Shown here one piece after another: positions 55,381 through 64,000 of a DNA stretch of 64,000 nucleotides (positions are counted from its first letter, which is position 1; each line of letters opens with the position of its first letter). This DNA is from Phaeosaccion multiseriatum (Eukaryota; Protista; Ochrophyta, other classes): assembly GCA_965112735.1 (NCBI GenBank), contig OZ218951.1, forward strand, positions 5,580,001 to 5,644,000, given 5' to 3'. The notes beneath the pieces are model-generated. The model had not been told where the DNA came from and ran no database searches. It worked only from the letters and a program-made list of their open reading frames with translations. Position numbers and translations under genes: made by a program.

Positions 55381-55860
55381 TTGCGACATGTCCACCCCTC
55401 CATCAGTACGCCACGAGAGCAGAGAAGAGGAGGAGGACTGAACCCGGGGCATCAAACAAGCCCGCGCATCCGCCTCTCCCCCCCCCAGCCCTCACCTCCG
55501 CCTCCCGCTCCCGCCTGGCGTTGGAGCATCAAAGTTCAAACGCCGATGAGCTCCCCGCCCCCCCCGCCGCCCCAGCAACAGGCAAGGCCCGCGGATCCTG
55601 AGCCGATTCCGCAGCCGAAGCAGATGGAGGTGCAGCAGCCGCCACCGCTGGCACAGCCAGCAAAGCAGAAGGAAGCTCCTCCCCAGCAGCCCAAGCCGCA
55701 GCAGCAACCGCCGCAGCAACAGCCCCAGCAGCCCAAGCTTAAGGAGCCTCAGCAGCAGCTGCCGCAGCCGCCGCAGCAGGCCAAACCGAAGGAAGCTCAG
55801 CAGCAGCCGCCGCAGCAACAAGCTCCGGCCAGGAAGGAGGCTCCGCAGCCGCAGCCGCCC

Positions 55861-55891
<31 letters not shown>

Positions 55892-57141
55892 CCCACCAAT
55901 CAAAGGAGCCTCTTCGGCGGCCGCCGCAACAGCAACCCGTGCAGCCGCTGCAGCCAACTCAGCCCAAGGCGAAGGAGCCCCAGCTACCGCGGCAGACCCA
56001 GCAACCGCAGCAGCCACAGCAGCAGCCGCCGCCGCCACAGCAGCCGCAGCCACAGCCGCAGCCCACACTCCAGCCGCTGCAGGGACTGCATGGCCTGGCA
56101 AAGGACCCTCAGAAGGACGGACAGGGACAGGGACAGGGGCAGGGACTGCAGCCCCCTGCGAAGAAGACGTGCCGCGAGGAAGGGTGTGACAACAAGGCCT
56201 TAAAGGGAGGCGCGTGCTACAGGCACGGGGCCAACCGCAAGGAGTGCAAAGTGGAGGGCTGCACCAATGGCGTGCAGAAGGGCGACGTGTGTAGGAGGCA
56301 CGGCGCCGAGCTCAAGCAGTGCAAGATAGAGGGATGTACCAATGTATCGCAGAAGGGTGGGGTATGTGTGCGTCACGGGGCCGTGAGGAAGCGATGCAAA
56401 GACGTGGATTGCAACAACCGGGCCGTCAAGGGCGGTGTGTGTGTGCGCCATGGAGCCGTGCTGAAGCGCTGCTCTGTCAACCTCTGCGGTAATCAAGCCC
56501 TTAAGGCCGGTGTGTGCTGGTCCCACGGAGCCAAGAACAACACCTCCCAGGGGAACAAGGGCGGCAACGCCTCGCGGGGGGGTGGGCAGGCAGGCGGTAG
56601 TGGCGGTGGCGGGGGTGGCGGCGGCGAAGGTGGAGGAGGAGGAGGAGGAGGAGGAGGAGGAGGAGCGGTGGGGGTCGCGGCGGCGGCGGCGGCGGTAGCA
56701 GCAGCGGGCACGGCAGCAGGCACTGTCGCCCTCACGGGCCTGAGAGGCGAGGCTGTCCGAGCCGCCGCAGCAGGCAGGGGGGGGCGCAACGGGCTGCAAG
56801 GCAAGGGCTCTCAGCTGCAGGCCCGGACCGGAGGGGCGAAGGACGCGCCTCCTGCCGCCGCCGCTAACGGTATCGTCGCACCCGTTAACGGCAACGGCAA
56901 CGGCGCCCCCGGCAAGGGCGCTGCCCCGGGCGGCAATGGCAATGCCAACGGCGGTAACGGTGCCGGAGTGAACCTCTCCAACAGCCTCTCCAACATGAGC
57001 AGCAGGGCTGCGGCGGCGGCGGCTGCTGCTGCCGCGGCTGCGGCGGTGGCCGCGGGCATCTCTGCGTCCAAGGGAGGAAAAGCCACCCCCAGCCCCAGCA
57101 CCGGCCCCAGCAAGAAGAGGCCCCGAGAGTCGCAGGTGTAG
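55381..57141 (+). CDS. WRKY19-like C-x4-C..C-x2-H zinc-finger repeat protein with P/Q-rich N-terminus
   Basis: Five tandem 24-aa units such as CKVEGCTNGVQKGDVCRRHGA and CKIEGCTNVSQKGGVCVRHGA, plus a C-terminal NLS-like PSKKRPR. The true start is uncertain (ATG about 55547, or an upstream exon). Confidence 0.8.
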
Positions 57142-57231
57142 GGCATGGATGGCAGCGGATGGCAGCGGATGGCAGCGGAGGCACTGGCACTGGCAGGCAA
57201 CAATGGAAGGCGAGGGAGAAAGACACAAACG

Positions 57232-57262
<31 letters not shown>

Positions 57263-57987
57263 GAGAAGTCTAGACGAGACAACGCCAAAGGGTAAGAGGC
57301 GAGAAGGCGAGACGAAAGCAAAGCCGTCAACACGGCTAGGGAGAGAGAGAGGGGTTGGGAAAAGGAGGTTCGGGCCGTGAAGTGAATGATGTCATGTCCG
57401 TCAGCACAGAGCGAGGCAGGGCAGCAGCAGTCGTATAGGCACACAGCAGGAAGCCAACGGGGGGGGTAGTTACCAAAGGAGAGGGTCTCCGAGCGGAGAC
57501 GGGGCACAGCACAGCACAGCAGTGAGAGAGGCCAAAGGCGCAGGCACGAGGGAGAGAAGAGAGCAGCGAGGGCCGGCAGGGGGCAAGTCACACCGTGACG
57601 TCATGGGGTAGGGGGGGGCAGGGGGGGCAGGGGGGTGAGGATTGGGTTGGGGGGCTGGGGGGAAGGTGGGGTCTTTGTTGCGCAACATCGAGAGCGTGTT
57701 GGAGAGGGGATGGGAAAGACCCCTCGAGCTTTCCTTTCCATGAGGATAGGGGAGTGGAGTTCATTCTATGAAGGTGGGGGTATGGAGCAAAGCTAGCATA
57801 GCAAGCTTTCCTTTCTGTGAAGGTGGGGGAACGGAGCAAGGGAGTCACACAGACTTCACTACTTGCGCCTGGCGTCAGAGGCCGAGCAGGGAGGGAGGAG
57901 GGGGGGGACTGGGGCAAGTGTAGCGTGTTAGGGGTTAGTTACGTTACTTCACACGTAAGTATCGTTAAAGGGAGAGGGGGGTTGTGG

Positions 57988-58137
57988 GGCTGTATCACCA
58001 ACCCGTGATATGGGCCGTGAGGGGGGGCTGTATTACCAACTCGTGAGGGCCGTGAGGGGGGGTTGTATTGCCAACCCGTGATATGGGCCGTGAGGGGGGG
58101 CTGTATTCCCAACCCGTGAGGGCCGTGAGGGGGGGTT
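57988..58137. repeat. Short imperfect tandem repeat (TGTATT.CCAACCCGTGA[TATG]GGCCGTGAGGGGGGG, 4 units)
   Basis: Directly visible, with alternating long and short units. Confidence 0.8.
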
Positions 58138-58621
58138 GCTTCCCGCAACAGCCGTGCAACATGAGCTCTGCTCTGTTGCCAATTAAATACCACAAGCTCT
58201 TAATGTACTCGAAGAATTCCATACATAGGAGAGAGATCGACACCCAAGCATCCATCAGTCCATCAGTCCATCAGTTTACCCTCGCCCCTTGTGAGCCCAT
58301 CGCCAAGCCAAAGGGCTTTGTCACTCGTCACTTGTCGGTAAACGACACTGACCTCTTGGTGCGGGGTTTGTTGGGTCTGCGGCAGAAGGCCCAAAGAGGG
58401 GCAGCAAGAGAGAGGGGGAGAGGGGGTTAGCACTGGCCAAAGTGAGGGCCCCACGGCCTTATACCCTGCACTGCTGGACGCCAGGCACTATCTGACCCTG
58501 ACCGTGACCCTACCCCTGACCATGACCGTTCCCACTTCTCCTTCCCCTCCTCCCCCTCCTCCTCCCTCCTCCCCCTCCTACCCCACTTGCCCCTCCTTGC
58601 CCCCCTCCTCCTCTAACTGTA

Positions 58622-61600
58622 TCACCAACTGCTGTACCTGAGGATGCCGTCCTTGATGAGAGCCTCCTTGACTCTTCGCACCTCAGGAACAGCGTATTGG
58701 TATCCGATGGATACGATCTCCGCATGCTGGGTGGAGGCGCATGGGTAGAGGGGGAGGGTGGATGGTTGGGATGCAGGCATATGGGGAGGGGAATATGGAT
58801 GATGGATGGTAGGATGGAGTTCGATGCGAGTTTCAACCACGCACGCACGCACGCACCCACCCAGCCAGCCAGCGTCTGTCCTGACAACCAGCCATCCATC
58901 TACCATCTGTCCTGATACCCACTACACCCACCCACCGCCATCTGTGACTCACCTTGTGGAAATCCAGCACTCCGAAGGCGGTGACAGGGGGGCGCAGGTA
59001 CCAATCGCAGTAACGGTTCTTGGCCTCCTCCAGCTGCTTCACGCTGAGCATAGATGGCAGTGGATGGGGAGGAGGAACAGGTGGGGGCGAGGGCGGTTCA
59101 GGGGTCAGGGGTCAGGGGTCAGGCTGCCTGCCCATATGCCTGCCCATATGCCTACCCATACATACGCCTGCCCGCCTCCCCCCTCCTTCTGCCTGCCCAT
59201 ATGCCTGCTCCGTTTGTCTGTCCATATGCCCCCACCTGGAGATGTAAGCGAGCTGCTCGCTGATGTCAGCCATGCTGGGGATGTGAAGCACTTTGGGCAC
59301 CTTGCTCCAGCGCCGCGGCCACCACTTGCGGAACAGGTGGAATCCGGAGAGGTCGTCGCCATAGTTGTGTCCTCCAAACGTCCATTCGGCCCCCACGTCC
59401 ACCGCCAGGATGCGCCCTGTGGCACCGGAGGGTACGCACGTAAGCGCAACACGTAAGCGTAACACGCAAGGGTCACGTAAGGGTCACGTAAGGGTCATGT
59501 CCCCACCACACACCACACACCACACACCATCACCGCAACCAACACCACCACCAATACGACCACCACCACCACCACCACCACCACACCACCACCAGTTGGC
59601 GATACACCATCACCATAACACACCCACCTGCTCCCATGAGATTTCTTGCGGTGTCTGCGGGCAAGTTGTTGACATACCCCCCGTCCATGAGGTAGTGGGT
59701 GACGCCTGTCTCGGGGTCCTGCTCGCACAGCGGTGGTAAATAGCCCGCCAGCGACATGCTGAGAGAGGTGAGGAGGGGGGGGAGGGGAGGGGATGGCAAT
59801 GGATGCGTAGGTGGGTAGGTGGGTGGGTGGGTGGGTAAGTAGGTAGGAGGAGGAATCTAAGAGGGGGAATCAGAAAAGCACAGGGATGCCACACATATAC
59901 TCGCACAGAGGGAGAGAGAGAGGCGAGAAAAGGGTTGCCTCCCCAGTTCCGCTCAAATGCTCAGACCTTTGAGGGTGCCACATACTGCCACTCCAATGTC
60001 TGGAGGCCGTAAGGTTGCCATCCCTCCATCCATCTGCTACCATCCTCACTCACCTGGCCCTTACGTAACGCCAAATGGTGCCGTTTTGATGCACGGCCTC
60101 TCTGGAGAGGGTGAGGTCGGTGGTGATGCAAGCGTAGGTGGTCCAGCAGTCTTCGATCTGGGCAGAGGAGAACACGCGGCTCATCTGTGGAGGGTAGGAG
60201 GGGAGGGGAGGAGGCAGAGCGAGGTAGGGAGGTAGGCAGAAGGGGAGAGGCAGAACAGGGCATACAGGTAGAGTAAGTAGAGACGTGGATGGTCGTCCTG
60301 TCACTATGGGTACCTCTTTCTCTCTCTCTCTCTCTCTCTTTATCTTCCCCACCTCATGATTGAAGCCGATGCCTGAGAAGTACGACGTCACCGGCAGCTG
60401 TAGAGGGGGGGGTAGGGTTCGTTCAGTGACTTAGTATGGATGGCAGCATACAGCAGACAGAGAAGCACACTGGCCCTTCCCAAGGGGGCGGCACAAGCGG
60501 CGCGGAGCTCTCAGCAAGGCCTCGACACGTGTCGACACGTGCTCCCTCCATCAAGGGAAGTCAAGTGAAATACAGTGAAGCGGAATTTGCCACAATGGAC
60601 CACCCAACCAACCAAGCCAACCAACAAACCACACACCCAACCACACACCCAACCACCCACCCACCCACCCACCCAACCAACCAACCAACCCATCCCCCCC
60701 CCCTCCCATACCGTTATATCCCGGAGGTAGTTCCACACGGAACCCATGCGTTGTGCGAAGCGATGCGCCTCTGGGATCATCGCCAAATGTGACCCAAACC
60801 TGGAATACAACGCGCCAATGAAGGCCCCTTGACTGGTGCCCACCACTAAGTCAACAGGTACCCCCTGCTCCTCGAGGGCTCGTATGACTCCAAGATGGGC
60901 CATGCCTCTGCTTCCCCCCCCTCCGAGTACGATTCCGATGCCTCTTCCGGTGATGACGCGGGCAAGGCGGAGGAAGTCCGACCTGGAGAGGCGAGGACAG
61001 CAGTGGATAGAGGTGGATGGCAGTGGATGCCAGTGGATGGCAGTGGATGGGGGGGAGGGGATTGGGGGGGAGAGAGAGTGGGTGAGTGAGTCAGTGAACA
61101 AACAAAAGGAAGGGAACCATGGTGGGGAAGGGAGGGAAGGGGGAGGGGAGGGGAGACTAAGCCGGCAGAAAGGAGGGGGAGGGACAGGGAGGGCGCAGTG
61201 TCAGGGGGTAAGGGGTGAGAGGAAGGCAGGAAGTGGGGCCGAGGGGGGTGAGGCGCGCCCTCCCCACCCAACCAACCACCCGACCAACCTACTAATCAAT
61301 CAACCAATCAACCAAACCAAACTAACCAAGCCAACCAACCACCCAACCAACCACCCAACCAACCATCCAACAAGCCACCCACCCACCCACCCAACCAACC
61401 AACCAACCAACCAACCACCCGATGCACCGAGAGCACCCTGAACCTACCTAAAGTGTCGCTGATCGAAGTCGGGGTCGCTCATATGCACTCTAATGTGAAA
61501 GTGGGTGTTGACCGCTTCTCTCTGCACGAGCCACTCACGCGTGGCCCCCGCCGCCGGCAGGTACCCATGGGGCGGGTCGACGTGCAGCAGCACCAGGCTG

Positions 61601-61947
61601 GCCTGTTACAGTTACAGTTCCAGCTTCAGCGTCAGTTCGGTTTCAATGAATGATTTAGACTGATACGACATCGAAAGTAAGACACTATCGAAGATATCGA
61701 CAATCCATTTCGACGATATCGATACCCACAGTCGACATCGATACCTGTGTGGAGGGCTGCAGCTTGTCTCTGCAGCGGCGCTCTGCGTCTGTTCCCAGGG
61801 GGGGGTCGGCAGAGTTTGCTGCGAGGAGCACACGATCGGCCTGAGTAGCGCACAGGCTTTGGGGGGGGGGGGGGGCGGGGGGGGGGGGGGGGGGGGAGGA
61901 GGACGAGGACGAGGAGGAAGAAGGGGGGGATAAGCGAGGCCTCTGCT

Positions 61948-61984
<37 letters not shown>

Positions 61985-62643
61985 AACCCACTGCTGCCCC
62001 CCAGAGAGGGGCTTCTGTCTCCGTCTGCTGCCATCACTTGTTCTGCCCCCCCATCCCCGCCCCTCAACTAGTGCTACCCCAACTCCCAACGCCAAGCGCA
62101 CCCACGCACACACGCACGTACACACCAACCCACACATGCACACACATGCACACACGCACACACACGCACTTCCCACACCTTCCTTTCTTCCTTCCTTTCT
62201 CACCTCCTTCCTCCCTCCCTCCCTCCCTCCCTTCCTCCCTTCCTCCCTCCCTCCCTTACCTGTTCCAAGCGGAGTCATGCCAATCCGCCTCGTAGATCAG
62301 CGCGTCGTGTTGCTCCTCCTGCTGCGCCAGCCAACTGCCCAACGCCAAGGGAAGCTTACTCCTCCTCCTACTTCCACTCTCACTCCCACTCCTACTCCTA
62401 CTCCTACTCCGGCGGCGACGAAGCTCCTGCTGTACGCCTTCCCCTCGCCCTCCCCCTCCCCCCGGCTCCGCCGATGACGAGCGCAAGCGGGAGGAAGAGG
62501 CAAGGCAACTCTTCCTCATCGTGCGCCCCTGCTCCTTGGCTCCTCCTCCTGTGGCAGCGCCGTTTGCTCCCATCGCAGCGGCTCTGACTCCATCTCCCCC
62601 CTCCCCCTCCCCTTCCCACTCCTCCCACTCCTCCCCCTCATCC

Positions 62644-62678
<35 letters not shown>

Positions 62679-64000
62679 GTCGTCTTCGTCGTCGTCGTCG
62701 TCGTCGTCATCATCCAGCCCATCTAAACCCTCCTCTCCCCTCCCCAGCGTGTTGGCAGCAAGAGCACTTGTCAACACCTTTGCCCTCAGCCCGGTGCTCT
62801 CCAACGCTTTCTGTAACGTCGTGGTAAAGAGATGGAGAGGGACAGAACCGCTCACCGGCAACACCATGAAGGTCCTTCCCTGCCCCACCCGCCCGTAGTA
62901 CGCCGAGGTCCGATGACTGCTCTGACTTGTACTCCTGCCTGCGTCCACCCCGCCGTTAACACCACCACCTCCTCCTCCTCCATTAACGCCAGCTGCACCG
63001 TTACCGTGGGTTCCGTGGCCGTGGCGGTTACAGCCGTGTACCCCCAAGCCGCCCCCCGCCAACAACCTCAGCCTCTCCTTGGTCTTCTCGTGTGCATGTT
63101 GCGCCAAGTGAGGCACCACTGCAGGGTAGCGCTGGGCAATGAAACTCAGTGTGCTGGAGGGGATGCGGGCGACGCTCGTGTGTCTGACTGCCCGCACCGT
63201 GGCCCAGTGCTCCAAGCCCGTTATCACTTGCGACTCCCCCACCATCATCCCGCGGCCGTACTCACCCAGCACCACCACGCCTCCGTCTCCTCCTCCTCCT
63301 CCCCCTCCCCCGTCCGCCTGCCCCTGCCCATATGACTTCCCCTGCTGCCCTTGCTGCCCCTGCTGGCCCTGCTGCTGCTGTACTACCAACTGCTGCTGCC
63401 CCCTCCCGCCTCCTGTGGTCTGCACATAGGCCCTCAGCCGTCCATACAACACGACATAGAGACTGGTCCGGAGCTCCCCCTGCCTGACAAGAACCTGGAC
63501 ACATACACACAGAGAGAGAGAGAGAGAGAGGGAGGGAGAGAGAGAGAGAAGGAGAGAGAGAGTGAGAGGGAGAGAAAGAGAGAGAGACAGAGGGGAGTAG
63601 TGAGGAGCAAGCATTGTACAACGGAAGGAACTCGGCTGAACTGATCGGTCTCTCTCTCTCTTTCTCTCCCCTTCTCTCTCTGTCGATCTTGTCTCTCTCT
63701 CCCCTCCTCTCTCTCCTCTTCTCTTCTCTCTCTGCCCTCCCCTACCTCTCTATTTCTGTCTCTGTCCCCTCTTCTTTTCTCTCCGCCTCCCCTTCAAGCC
63801 GGACGGACAAACGCCCTCCTCCTTCTCTTCCTTCCCTTCCCTTCCCTTCCCTTCAACTACATACACACACACACACACACACGCACTCACACACACACGC
63901 ACTCACCTGCCCCGGCTCCAAAAGAAGATACTTGAGTCCGAAGCCGTACACACGAAGCACAGGGGGGATGTCGGCCACGAAGCGGCGACAGATGGCAGCC
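58622..64000 (-). CDS. NTE1: Neuropathy target esterase / lysophospholipase NTE1 (PNPLA6/7, SWS) ortholog; 5' end lies outside the window
   Basis: cNMP-binding domain ([32 protein letters not shown]), then WLAQQEE..YEAD...W, SDFLRLAR. Patatin motifs GGGGSRG, GTSQG and DGGYVNNLP; also [23 protein letters not shown] and GYQY. The last exon and stop are tentative. Confidence 0.9.

Noticed and set aside
61655-61745. TCGA/GATATC-rich patch in an NTE intron, possible MITE end
   Set aside because: No matching TIR or TSD was found.

Overview
Eukaryotic nuclear DNA with many GT-AG introns packed with microsatellites, most likely from a photosynthetic, flagellate-stage stramenopile (ochrophyte). That assignment is inferred from a PsbP-like protein with signal and transit peptides, a CDKL5/LF5 kinase and WRKY19-like zinc fingers. 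Recognisable genes: an IQ/WW/B-box protein (5'-truncated), three ankyrin-repeat paralogs, CDKL5/LF5, an MPLKIP/SICKLE-like protein, a NUDT15-like Nudix hydrolase with a long N-terminal extension, a coiled-coil ORF, DPH7, a PsbP-domain protein, a class I-like myosin, a METTL21-type methyltransferase, a secreted Lys/Gly/Ser/Asp-repeat protein, a WRKY19-like zinc-finger protein and an NTE/PNPLA6-type lysophospholipase (5'-truncated). Accessory regions (about 4-11 kb and 26-29 kb) hold CRE-type retrotransposon remnants, a Ty3/gypsy RT fragment and small TIR elements. Main findings: (1) three different miniature transposon families share 5'-TCGRCCCC termini and 6-bp target duplications and nest in each other; (2) a secreted silaffin/cingulin-like gene (RxL motif, KGGK repeats) was built by tandem duplication of phase-1 exon+intron units; (3) a 248-bp near-identical tract suggests gene conversion between distant ankyrin paralogs; (4) there is a 3-kb composite minisatellite. 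Exon boundaries and identities were read by eye and no database searches were run.
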